Origin: Candidatus Curtissbacteria bacterium | GTDB taxonomy: Bacteria; Patescibacteriota; Microgenomatia; Curtissbacterales; GWA2-41-24 | Reading direction: 5' to 3' | Assembly: GCA_024654445.1 (NCBI GenBank) | Contig: JANLHP010000017.1 | Span: 33,009 to 97,008, forward strand | Length of the DNA stretch: 64,000 bases | Program-made: the position numbers and the translations under genes | In this document: positions 1-9,127 of the stretch, piece by piece | How positions within the stretch are numbered: the first letter of the stretch is position 1 | How the letters are laid out: each line of letters begins with the position of its first letter | Notes under the pieces: model-generated | Databases searched by the model: none | Told to the model about the DNA's origin: nothing | The model's input: only the letters and a program-made list of their open reading frames with translations

Positions 1-420
1 TCTCTTCGGTTTGGGCAAACGAGCAACATTAATTTAAAGGGTTTGCTGTTAGGCGGAATGATCATCGGGTCGTTGGGTGTTCTTGACGATATTACGACGA
101 GCCTGGTTGCAACGATTTCGGAAATTGCAAAAAGTAATCCGAAATTAAAATTCGCCCAGCTGGCAAAAAGCGGTTACAGGGTGGGTGTTGAGCATATAAC
201 ATCCCTCGTAAATACTTTGGTTCTCGCATATGCAGGAGTTGCTCTTCCAATTTTTCTATTCATTGTTTTGAACCCTACGAAGCAACCACTGTGGTTTATA
301 TTAAATAGCGAATTTTTGGCAGAAGAAGTAATAAGAACTATGGCAGGAAGCTTTGGGTTACTTTTGGCGGTGCCAATTACAACAATTTCTGCCGCTTGGT
401 ATTTTTCAAGAAAAAAATAA
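1..420 (+). CDS. C-terminal fragment of polytopic membrane protein (YibE/F-like); 5' partial, frame open to window start
   Basis: Frame of ORF 43..420 has no stop back to nt 1; hydrophobic helices; resembles YibE/F family C-terminus; TAA stop at 418-420. Confidence 0.4.
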   Translation, partial: SLRFGQTSNINLKGLLLGGMIIGSLGVLDDITTSLVATISEIAKSNPKLKFAQLAKSGYRVGVEHITSLVNTLVLAYAGVALPIFLFIVLNPTKQPLWFILNSEFLAEEVIRTMAGSFGLLLAVPITTISAAWYFSRKK

Positions 421-1140
421 TTACTTTAATTTGTCTAAATTTTCGTAAGCCTTTTTAAACTTGGCTTCATCAAACTTCAACGCATAGAAGTTGTGGACTG
501 TGCCTTCGGCTGTTTTTGCATTGATCACTCCCTCTATGCTGAAGAGACAATCTGGAAAGTCTTTTTTATTACCAGTAATCAAAATTGATTTCCCGCCAGA
601 AAACATTAAGCGGCCAGTTAAATGAAGATCAACAAAGCTCGCGTTTAAGGCAACGTTATTTTGAGCATATATTTTGGAAATTAAAGGGGCGTTCTCTTGA
701 ATTTTCATGAAGATTGATTGATGATTAATGGCTGGCAAAAAGTAAGGTTTCGACAAAAAATCTTGCTTTAATCTCATTTGCTCAGGAAGAAAAACGCTTC
801 TTAAAAACTCAAATTCTGTGGTTGCGTCTATTAACAACCAAGATTGTTTCAGTACGTCATATAGTTGCAGGAAAACTTCTTCGTCGTTAAAAAGCTTACC
901 CAGAAAGTCACAGTCAAGAAAATATATTGGCTGCTTAATAAGTCTTGTAAACCTTCGCTAAAGAAGATCTTGCTTTCGAGGTTCTGGGGTTGGTTCATTC
1001 TCTTTAACGATTTTTCTATTCTTTCTTATAAGATCTAGGGGTTCTTCGAGAACACTTTGTTCGTCGTAAACCTCTTTTGTAGATGTTGTAGGATAATTAT
1101 TTTCGATATGGGGTTTAGGATTTTTAGGAAAATTTGTCAT
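421..1140 (-). pseudogene. Hypothetical protein split by one in-frame TAG (958-960); ORFs 958..1140 and 421..837 are in the same frame with about 40 open codons between TAG and the TTG used by the ORF track
   Basis: Manual translation: ...RKQDLL-TAG-RRFTRLIKQPIYFLDCDFLGKLFNDEEVFLQLYDVLKQSWLLIDATTEF...; no ATG/GTG between TAG and codon 837; function unrecognised. Confidence 0.35.
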
Positions 1141-1184
1141 GAGTATATTTTAACAGATTTTTCAATTAGGCTTTCAGGCCGATT

Positions 1185-1673
1185 TTATTCACTTCGGCGG
1201 AATTTTCTGGATACTTTTTTAGCCCCCCAATATGCTCCTCCTAACATAGCAGCGAGTATACTTAGGCCAACAACAAAATCCCCCGCAGTTACTTCTGTCT
1301 TCGGACTGGAAGGAGATGGACTTGGTGTTATTACTGAAGATTCGCCTTTCACTTCGGGAGACGGGCTTGGTGTAGGAGTCGGGGTTGGCGTTGGAACTTG
1401 AGTTACACTTGGACTAGGCGTGGCTTTAGGTGGAGCAACAACAGGAGTCGTGTTGGGTGTAATAGTATAGTTTGAAGGTGGTGGCGGTAGACTGCCTCCA
1501 TGACTGTGGTATTCTCCGTAATCCAATCCCCAGTCTTCACAATTTGTTCTGCAGGTGTGCCCTCCCGAAGAATCGGTGCGGCCAGGGTGGGCATAGACAG
1601 GTGAACTGCTTATTAACAAAAGTAGTAGGGCAAGAACGACTCGTTTCGAATTTGTTGCTATCTGCTTTGTCAT
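1185..1673 (-). CDS. Secreted surface protein: signal peptide, small Cys/His-rich domain (HPGRTDSSGGH..YGEYHSHGG, YHYH-like), Thr/Pro-rich linker (PTPTPTPTPSPSP), C-terminal TM helix plus basic tail
   Basis: N-terminal hydrophobic leader LALLLLLISSSPVYA; low-complexity PT linker; C-terminal GLSILAAMLGGAYWGAKKVSRKFRRSE anchor; start overlaps next gene by 4 nt. Confidence 0.5.
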   Translation of the reverse strand: MTKQIATNSKRVVLALLLLLISSSPVYAHPGRTDSSGGHTCRTNCEDWGLDYGEYHSHGGSLPPPPSNYTITPNTTPVVAPPKATPSPSVTQVPTPTPTPTPSPSPEVKGESSVITPSPSPSSPKTEVTAGDFVVGLSILAAMLGGAYWGAKKVSRKFRRSE

Positions 1674-1936
1674 GGCAATGTTTCACAAGCAGCACCGTCA
1701 CTATCTCTATCTAAATTGTGATAGTCTCCACTCGATCCTCCTTCGTTTTCAAAGAAATCTTGTGCCTCACTCTGATAGGTGAAGTCGGAACAATCATAAT
1801 CACCAGTCTCTTCAAATGACCTTTCCGTCGTCGGATCGTCGTCTCTGTCAAAAGAATCTGCGCCATTCAAATTTTGGGGGTTACTGCAAGCGGAAAGGAT
1901 TAATGCAATAGTAAAAGCTACAATTATTTGTTTCAA
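1670..1936 (-). CDS. Lipoprotein with Excalibur (extracellular Ca-binding) domain
   Basis: Lipobox LSAC after signal peptide; acidic region; C-terminal motif DYDCSDF...DRDSDGAACE matches the Excalibur DxDxDGxxCE signature. Confidence 0.6.
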   Translation of the reverse strand: MKQIIVAFTIALILSACSNPQNLNGADSFDRDDDPTTERSFEETGDYDCSDFTYQSEAQDFFENEGGSSGDYHNLDRDSDGAACETLP

Positions 1937-2055
1937 TAGTTGGCAGCGGCGTTAGTATAGACTTTTTAGGGAAAAAGTCAAAATTTAACTGTAATTGGTA
2001 ATGGCAGTCACAAAATAATGTCATTTTTAAACGGATTAGTTAAACTGAAGTAGCT

Positions 2056-3504
2056 GTGAAACTCAAAAAGAATTTTGTTTTTCTGTGTGTGGTTTTAACG
2101 CTAGGGCTTTTTATGCGCCTTTCCCGGATTCGAGATTTTTATATTTTCGAAGCCGACCAGGAAATAAATTCTTTCATCGTCAAGGATATTTTTATTGATC
2201 ACCATATAAGGCTCATTGGGCAAATGAGCAGCATCGAAGGGATATTTCTTGGTCCACTACTTAATTATTTTCTTTCTCCTTTCTATGCAATTTTTGGTAT
2301 GGACCCAATTGGAGGAGTGGTTGCTGTTACTCTAATTTCCCTTGCAACAATTGCAAGCATATATTTTGTGTTTTCTGAATTTTTTGACACCGTAACTGCG
2401 AGGGTCGCTACTTTTCTGTATTCTGTTTCTCTTCCAATTGTGTTTATAGACAGATGGGTTGTCCCATCTCAAGGAGTTTTTCTTTGGTCTATTTGGTTTA
2501 TTTTTGCTTTACTTTCAATTCTTCGAGGCAATTTTAAAGCATTAATTTTGATTGGGCTTTTAGCTGGAGTTGCCTGGAATATTCACCCCACACTTGTGCC
2601 ATCATTGCTTCTAGTTCCTGTTGCTGTTTTCCTTTCTAGGAAAAAGCCACATCTTCGAGAAGTAATAATTTCGACTGCCATATTTTTAATTTCTTCACTA
2701 CCACTCTTGGCATTCGAAGCACGACATGGTTTTACTATGTTAAAAGCATTGGGGAAACTTTTTACTTCTTCTGATCCAGGGCTTCCTTTGGCACTGAAGT
2801 TAAACTTAGTCGTTTCGGGTTTTTCTTCCGTTGCAAGCAGAATCTTTTTCGAAGCCCATTTCCCGACTTTGGTAAATTTTGCTTCTCTGGTCTTGGTTGT
2901 CTGGTTTGTATACGCCAGAAAATTAATGGCCAAAAATCAATTTTCGATTATAGTAGGTTGGTTTTTATTAACTGTTGCTGCTCAGCTTTTTTCTAAGCGT
3001 GCAATCAGCGAATATTACTTTAATAATTTAATTATTCTTTCTCTTCTTCTTTTTAGCCTGACTCTTTCTTATTTACATAAAAAATCAAATAATCTATTGG
3101 TCCCAATACTACTTTCCTTGGTTTTAGTTTTTAACGTTTATTCACTTTTTTCTCGCGAAGAGAATAAATTTAATTACCTCTATAAAAAGCAGGTTGTGGA
3201 GTTTATTAAATCGGATTCGATGGCTCGTGGTTACCCGTGTATTGGCATAGATTACATCGCGGATTTTGGGAGAGCTGTTGGATTTCGTTACATTTTTTGG
3301 CAAAAGGGCCTTGTTGCCATTAAGCCGGATAGCGGTGCGCCTGTATACAAAATATTTATTCCCAGAGATGAATTGCCAGATGACGTGACCCCCCAATTTG
3401 GTAAATTAGGAGTAATAAGACCGGAAAGTGTAACTTTTAATAACACATCTGTTTGTACTGATCCCATAAATAATCTAGATTCTTTATGGGGGCTTACACT
3501 GTAG
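2056..3504 (+). CDS. GT-C fold membrane glycosyltransferase, family 39/83-like (PMT/ArnT-like)
   Basis: 482 aa, >10 predicted TM helices, GTG start, TAG stop followed 10 codons later by TAA; architecture typical of GT39 proteins. Confidence 0.5.
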   Translation: MKLKKNFVFLCVVLTLGLFMRLSRIRDFYIFEADQEINSFIVKDIFIDHHIRLIGQMSSIEGIFLGPLLNYFLSPFYAIFGMDPIGGVVAVTLISLATIASIYFVFSEFFDTVTARVATFLYSVSLPIVFIDRWVVPSQGVFLWSIWFIFALLSILRGNFKALILIGLLAGVAWNIHPTLVPSLLLVPVAVFLSRKKPHLREVIISTAIFLISSLPLLAFEARHGFTMLKALGKLFTSSDPGLPLALKLNLVVSGFSSVASRIFFEAHFPTLVNFASLVLVVWFVYARKLMAKNQFSIIVGWFLLTVAAQLFSKRAISEYYFNNLIILSLLLFSLTLSYLHKKSNNLLVPILLSLVLVFNVYSLFSREENKFNYLYKKQVVEFIKSDSMARGYPCIGIDYIADFGRAVGFRYIFWQKGLVAIKPDSGAPVYKIFIPRDELPDDVTPQFGKLGVIRPESVTFNNTSVCTDPINNLDSLWGLTL

Positions 3505-3524
3505 TTGTTTAAAATTAGATTGTT

Positions 3525-5000
3525 ATGGAATTTCTAAAAACTTACACCCCAGTGCTTATGGTACTTGTTCTCTTGAGCTTTTTAAGATTTTGTAGAGTTT
3601 TGGATGTCCCAATATTCCTGGATGAAGCAACTTATTTAAGTTTTGCAGATTCGATAAGAAATAATCCCCACAATTTGTTTGTATCTTTTCCTGCCGCTGT
3701 TCTCCCAGTTTTACCTTGGTTTCTGGCATTATCTTATTTTATTTTCGGAAATGCCTTCAACATTTTTAATGTTGCGCGCATTCTCTTAACCACCACTGAT
3801 ATTATTTCCGCATTTTTTGTTTTTCTTATAGGAAGGGAGTTGGTAGACAAAAGATTCGGATTTTTATCTTTAATACTCTACATGCTGATACCTCTGAATT
3901 TTTTCCATGGGAGATTAATTATGCTTGAGCCTTTAATGGAAATGCTATTTTTAATTGGTTTATATTTCTTAATTAAAATTTACAAGAAAATTTATGATAA
4001 AAAATACAGCATTAAACTAATTCTTACTTCCGCACTATTTTTAAGCTTATCGTTTCTAACCAAACCCCTTGCTCTGGTTTCTTTCGGCTCTCTATTGTTT
4101 TTACCTCCGTTTTTTATCCTCAAAAGAAAAGTGAGCGTCCTAATGGCTATGATAAAAATGATTCCAGCCTTTTTTGTTTTTCTTTTTTTTACGCTTTTAA
4201 TTTTGCCATTTGCGATCGTTATATTCCCTGGGTTTGAGAATTATCATGCTATTGGAGGAAATAATGATGTTGTTTTTAATTTCAAACAAAATTTATGGAG
4301 GTCTTATTGGTGGATTAAAGCGTATTTTCCGATTCCAATTCTTTTTGCTATATTTTTTTCATCCATTTTGGGTCTTTTTAAGAAAGACGTCTTGGTGGTT
4401 TGGTTTTCGTTATGGGCACTTTCTGTAATTCTTATAGACTCTTTAGTTGGGACAAAATTTTTCCCAAGACACTTATTTCCAGTAGCGGCCCCTGCTTCTT
4501 TTCTTCTTGCTTATCTAGTGTATGAAATAATGGCTCTGAGAAGATGGATGGGTTTTTTAGCATTAGGTTTTGTGTTGATCCCGCTTCTGCAAAAAGACTT
4601 GTTAATTTTGTCGGATGCTAAAAATTCGGGGCTGGCTTTAGAGGATAAGCAGCAGTTTTACGAAGATTGGACTTCCGGTGTAGGACTTGCGGAGATTGGT
4701 TCTTTTTTGAACTCGGTTTCGAGAAGGGAAAAAATTACTCTTTTTGTCGAAAACGATACTCTTTTAACATGGGCTTTACCTAATATTTATCTTGAAGAGA
4801 ATGTCATTGTTTACCCCTTACCGAATCATTTTCCGTCTAGCTTAAATAATTTTCTTGAAAATAATTCTAATACCAATATTAATTTCATCCTCTTAAACAA
4901 AACGGCGGATGCGCCTGAAGACTGGCCCGTTTTTTTGATATTATCACAAGATAAGGGGCCACACCGGAAGATAAATCTATACAAGTATCACCAAAAATGA
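3525..5000 (+). CDS. GT-C fold membrane glycosyltransferase, family 39/ArnT-like
   Basis: 491 aa polytopic; N-terminal VPIFLDEATYLSFADSI motif region typical of ArnT/PMT-like enzymes; stop overlaps next gene start. Confidence 0.55.
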   Translation: MEFLKTYTPVLMVLVLLSFLRFCRVLDVPIFLDEATYLSFADSIRNNPHNLFVSFPAAVLPVLPWFLALSYFIFGNAFNIFNVARILLTTTDIISAFFVFLIGRELVDKRFGFLSLILYMLIPLNFFHGRLIMLEPLMEMLFLIGLYFLIKIYKKIYDKKYSIKLILTSALFLSLSFLTKPLALVSFGSLLFLPPFFILKRKVSVLMAMIKMIPAFFVFLFFTLLILPFAIVIFPGFENYHAIGGNNDVVFNFKQNLWRSYWWIKAYFPIPILFAIFFSSILGLFKKDVLVVWFSLWALSVILIDSLVGTKFFPRHLFPVAAPASFLLAYLVYEIMALRRWMGFLALGFVLIPLLQKDLLILSDAKNSGLALEDKQQFYEDWTSGVGLAEIGSFLNSVSRREKITLFVENDTLLTWALPNIYLEENVIVYPLPNHFPSSLNNFLENNSNTNINFILLNKTADAPEDWPVFLILSQDKGPHRKINLYKYHQK

Positions 5001-5632
5001 CTAAGTCTGATCTTTACGAAATTTGGAGTAGGGTTCCTGTTGATTATTACCAAAAAGGTGTTAGAAGGAACCCTTATCAAAGAATTTGGCACGAGCGTAA
5101 GATTAGGAAGGCTAAAAGTATAATTAGGGACCTTAAATTTAAAAAGGTTCTGGATGTTGGTTGCGCAAGTGGTTTTATGCTTTCCCAGATAGCTCGTGAG
5201 TTTCCTAATGCAAAGTATTTTGGAATTGACGCGTATGACAAAGCTATTGAGTTTGCAAATAAAAAATATAGCCATATAAACTTTAAAGTTGGTGTTGCCG
5301 AAAAACTTCCTTATAAAGATGAGTCTTTTGACTTGATAATTTGCTACGAAACGATGGAACACGTGACACATCCCAAAGTGGCACTCCTTGAAATGAGGCG
5401 CGTTCTTAAAAAGGATGGGGCTTTAATTTTGGCCATGGATTCTGGGAGTTTACTTTTTAGAGCAGTTTGGTTTGTGTGGGAAAATACAAAAGGAAGAGTT
5501 TGGCAAGACGCTCATCTTCATCCGTTTCATCATGAGGAACTGGAGGCACTAATAAAACGCACCAAGTGGAAAGTTCGCAAAAAGTTTTTTACTCATTTTG
5601 GAATGGAAGTGGTATTTGTTCTGCAGAAATGA
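4997..5632 (+). CDS. Class I SAM-dependent methyltransferase
   Basis: Motif I VLDVGCASGFM, acidic motif II FDLIICYE; 4-nt overlap with upstream GT39 gene (operon). Confidence 0.75.
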   Translation: MTKSDLYEIWSRVPVDYYQKGVRRNPYQRIWHERKIRKAKSIIRDLKFKKVLDVGCASGFMLSQIAREFPNAKYFGIDAYDKAIEFANKKYSHINFKVGVAEKLPYKDESFDLIICYETMEHVTHPKVALLEMRRVLKKDGALILAMDSGSLLFRAVWFVWENTKGRVWQDAHLHPFHHEELEALIKRTKWKVRKKFFTHFGMEVVFVLQK

Positions 5633-5639
5633 CGATTTC

Positions 5640-6203
5640 TTAGCCGCTTGTACATGAACCCCAAAGCCCTTTTTTAAGATTTTGGGCTTCTTTTTGGGCA
5701 GCTCTTAATTTTTCCTGGTATTTAACGTCGGGCGGATATGAAGACGCGTAGGCAAATCCTTCTCTGACCATATATTCGTTGACGAAAACATCGTCAACGT
5801 ACACATACCTTAAAAGTCGTTCGTATTTGTCTGTTTCGGATACGTCTTTTTCAAGCCTAACAGTTTTTCCTTCGACGAGCTCTTTATTTTTGCTTGACGC
5901 TTCTTTTCCATAACATTCAATACCTCTTTTTGGGTGGACAGTTTCTGGTGTGTCCATGCCGATATAACGGAGTTTTTGTCCTCCTTCTATTTCAATTGTA
6001 TCGCCGTCAATAACTTTAGTTACAGTAACTGTTGCTGCATCGTGCACTTGCGGCAAAGGAGATTCCTGCGTTGACTGGCTCAATACTTCTTCGGGTTTCT
6101 GAGAGTTGAGGTTTAAATCTGATTTTGTGAATGCGTCAGCTAGAGTAATTATTGCAACTGCGATGATTGCTAGTGCGAGTGAGGATTTTTTGCGAATGGA
6201 CAC
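5640..6203 (-). CDS. Thermonuclease (staphylococcal nuclease/SNase-like), membrane-anchored/secreted
   Basis: N-terminal TM anchor; SNase motifs VIDGDTIEI, RYIGMDTPE, RLLRYVYVDD; TAA stop. Confidence 0.8.
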   Translation of the reverse strand: MSIRKKSSLALAIIAVAIITLADAFTKSDLNLNSQKPEEVLSQSTQESPLPQVHDAATVTVTKVIDGDTIEIEGGQKLRYIGMDTPETVHPKRGIECYGKEASSKNKELVEGKTVRLEKDVSETDKYERLLRYVYVDDVFVNEYMVREGFAYASSYPPDVKYQEKLRAAQKEAQNLKKGLWGSCTSG

Positions 6204-6264
6204 TTTTGTGATTTTATCATGCTTCTCCTTTGTAATGCCTCGTTTTTTGTTTTAAGATAGAGTT

Positions 6265-6879
6265 ATGCCTAGACGCGATCTGCTGTACGCTGCTTCTGTT
6301 TCAATTCTCACGACTGTATTCTTATTTCCAACACTGATTAATACCGGTTCTCTGGACAAGTTGCCCTTGTCTCCGATTTTGATACTCGCTGCTTATCCGC
6401 TTTTAGCAACATTTGGGACTTTTGTTGCGTACTTTTTGGGTAAACGCCTCGCTATTCTGTGGCAATTTTCAAAGTTTGCATTGGTTGGAGTTTGCAACAC
6501 AGCAATTGATTTCGGAATACTTAATTTACTTATACTCGTCACTAATATTACGAGCGGCGTGAGAATCATTCCGCTTAATATAACTTCTTACTCGATTGCG
6601 CTTTTAAACAGCTATTTTTGGAACAAAAGGTGGGTTTTTAGTGCTAGTAAGGGTAGCTTTCTCGCATTTGTAGCCGTAACTTTAGTCGGGCTGGGTATCA
6701 ACACGGGGATTGTTTTTGCTTTGACTACGTTTGCTGATCCTATGTTTGGGCTAGATGAAACTTTGTGGGCGAATTTAGCTAAGGTTTTTGCAACAGTTAT
6801 TTCTCTTGTATGGAATTTTATGGGGTACCGTATAATCGTTTTTGGGTCTTCAAAAAAGCAGGCAGCAGTTTCTTCTTAA
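6265..6879 (+). CDS. GtrA family membrane protein (polysaccharide/lipid-linked sugar translocation) with N-terminal TM extension
   Basis: FALVGVCNTAIDFGILNLL, YSIALLNSYFWNKRWVF, VWNFMGYRIIVF - typical GtrA 4-TM core. Confidence 0.7.
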   Translation: MPRRDLLYAASVSILTTVFLFPTLINTGSLDKLPLSPILILAAYPLLATFGTFVAYFLGKRLAILWQFSKFALVGVCNTAIDFGILNLLILVTNITSGVRIIPLNITSYSIALLNSYFWNKRWVFSASKGSFLAFVAVTLVGLGINTGIVFALTTFADPMFGLDETLWANLAKVFATVISLVWNFMGYRIIVFGSSKKQAAVSS

Positions 6880-8087
6880 ACTACCTTTTTATTTCTCAAG
6901 AGTTTGTAGGAATTAAGTTTCTCGCTAACTAAAGCACCAGATCCTATAAGAACTACAAATAGGGTAACAAGCCAGCCAATTACAGGTATCGTTGTAAGAA
7001 TTCCGTAAATTAACAGACCTGCAATAAGAGCTAAATAGTTATTTTCTTTTCCTTGTGCAAATCTAAGAATTATTCTCCCAACCGCGATCGCGACGAATAA
7101 TTTTGCGAGGTAGAGGACAAATATAAAGTCGACAAGTAAGGCTAGAGCAATTGGGATGCCTACGATTGTAATTGTCAAAACAACCACAGCTAAAGGTGTC
7201 ACGACTAGCGTCAAGAGTCCAACGCCAAGATTTTTCAGAGGTCTTTCGACTACGCTGTCCACAGTCCTTTCCGTAAAGTTCGGCAGGAATTTAATGAACA
7301 GGAGGCCGATTATAAGAGCTGCCAAAAAGCTAATTGCTTTGAAGATCAAGAAGGCGGCGCCTAGAGCTTTTTCTGCATCTTGCTGACTTTGCCTTTGAGG
7401 TACATTTTTAACGGTAGAGCCAGTGACTTGTGCTCCTTGTTGGATTTGCGCATCTTTTTCGCTCCAGTAATTTACATCGCCCTTAACTTGAGCTTTTGAT
7501 GTTAAGGTTAACTGTCCTACGCCTGCAGTAATGTTGCTGCCAACCGTATTTCCGATTGTTGCGTCGCCAGACGCTAAGGTTATTCCTTTGCCAACTGGGG
7601 CAAAAAGACTAAAGCTTCCTGAAGCATTAACCACGCTACCTCCGATGTTTGCTGAATCGGTAAAATTAACTGCTCCTGCAGTGGTTGTTACGTTTCCCCC
7701 AATGTCACCTGAAATTATTACTTCCCCGCCAGCCGCTCGGACGTCATTTTTAACATTACCCATGATGTTAACGGAGCCTCCTGCAACCAGAAGGTCGCCG
7801 TTTACTGTGCCTTCAACGATAACGTTTCCACCAGCGGCGTATACGTCCCCATTAACGGTGCCTGCAATGGTAACTTTTTCTCCTGTTGCAAAATAATCAC
7901 CTTCTATCGTTTCTCCTTGAGGTAAAAGCGCAACTTCTTGATGTACCATGTTTGGCGCGGCAAGAGCCGGAGTAACGAGCGTAAACAATGCGATTACTGT
8001 TAAAAATATGGCTGCTATTTTGTTTCTTGTCATCTTTGTCGTCTCTTTCTCGTTCAGAATAGTCCTTTGATTTTTACTTGTCAACAC
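6876..8087 (-). CDS. Bactofilin-like beta-helix repeat protein with signal peptide and C-terminal multi-TM domain
   Basis: Repeats TVNGDVYAAGGNVIVEGTVNGDLLVAGGSVNIMGNVKNDVRAAGGEVIISGDIGGNV (GxVxGDxxxxGGxV periodicity); C-terminal 6 TM helices; overlaps gtrA stop. Confidence 0.5.
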   Translation of the reverse strand: MLTSKNQRTILNEKETTKMTRNKIAAIFLTVIALFTLVTPALAAPNMVHQEVALLPQGETIEGDYFATGEKVTIAGTVNGDVYAAGGNVIVEGTVNGDLLVAGGSVNIMGNVKNDVRAAGGEVIISGDIGGNVTTTAGAVNFTDSANIGGSVVNASGSFSLFAPVGKGITLASGDATIGNTVGSNITAGVGQLTLTSKAQVKGDVNYWSEKDAQIQQGAQVTGSTVKNVPQRQSQQDAEKALGAAFLIFKAISFLAALIIGLLFIKFLPNFTERTVDSVVERPLKNLGVGLLTLVVTPLAVVVLTITIVGIPIALALLVDFIFVLYLAKLFVAIAVGRIILRFAQGKENNYLALIAGLLIYGILTTIPVIGWLVTLFVVLIGSGALVSEKLNSYKLLRNKKVV

Positions 8088-8631
8088 TATTATTTAGATA
8101 GGCTGCGACTTTTTTCAAAGCCTTTGAGCGGTGCGAAATTTTGTTTTTCAATTCCTGCGGCATTTCGGAATAAGTTTGTTTGTAACCATTTGGGATAAAT
8201 ATCCTGTCGAAACCGAATCCTCCCACGCCTCTGTCTTTTTTGGTGATCGTACCGCTCACTTGGCTTTTGAAGATCTTGAGGTTCTTGCCATCGTAAATCG
8301 CGATAGCCGCTGTCACAGTTGCTTCGGGTTTTTTACCGGTTGTGAGTTTAGCAACTCCTTCGGTTCCTAAAGTTTCAAGAAAAAATTTAATAAAAGGTCC
8401 AGGAAGACCTCTTAATTCTTTTATGTCAACGCTTACATCTTCTACAAGTACGGGTTTTTGGATTTTTTCAAATGCGGACTTCGCTTTTGCCGTAATTACC
8501 TTGTCAATATTCATTGACTGGATTTCGGGAATGTTGATTTTTGAAACTTTGTGATTCGTTCCCAAAATCGCGTTTATTTCGGCAATTTTGTTTCTATTGC
8601 TGGTAACAACTACCAAGTCAGAGAGATTCAT
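8074..8631 (-). CDS. rdgB: Non-canonical purine NTP pyrophosphatase (RdgB/HAM1 family, dITP/XTPase)
   Basis: VVVTSNRNKIAE (TGNxxKxxE), FGFDRIFIP, SHRSKAL motifs. Confidence 0.8.
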   Translation of the reverse strand: MNLSDLVVVTSNRNKIAEINAILGTNHKVSKINIPEIQSMNIDKVITAKAKSAFEKIQKPVLVEDVSVDIKELRGLPGPFIKFFLETLGTEGVAKLTTGKKPEATVTAAIAIYDGKNLKIFKSQVSGTITKKDRGVGGFGFDRIFIPNGYKQTYSEMPQELKNKISHRSKALKKVAAYLNNSVDK

Positions 8632-9127
8632 AATTTAGAAACACCTCCACAAGCACAAAACAAGGAGTGTCTTGCTCTTCTAATGCACGCTCTGAGTGTC
8701 CTTGAACACTTAGACTCTGGCAATTATTTTGAAAATCAAGGATTTCGGTGACTCTGGACGGTAGCCTAGAATGCATTAACCTAATTTCAAAGAAAGTTTA
8801 CAAAAACGGGGACCAATTTTCAAGAAGCCAAAAGGAACTAAATTACCTAAAGCCAAAACTCAATTTTATCTCCCGCAGGAAGCAGAACCAAACCTCGGAT
8901 GGGCATCGCTAGTCCAGTAGTAGGGCAACCCCGGCCGACCGTACCACAAGCGCAGAAACGGAGCGCCGCCAGACTCAACTTGTGTGCCAGGTAGATCAAC
9001 ATAATGTTCTTTTAGTATATCGGGGTTGGAAATATAAAGGGCAATTCCATCTAAAATTGTTGCTCCTCTTTCATCGTCTTCGAAATTGAACGCAGATTAT
9101 ATAGCTACTATGGGTTACTTGTCAAGC

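Noticed and set aside
7156-7896. Plus-strand ORFs 7156..7386 and 7531..7896 (Pro/Thr-rich)
   Set aside because: Antisense to the Gly/Val/Asn repeat gene. Repeat-driven open frame.
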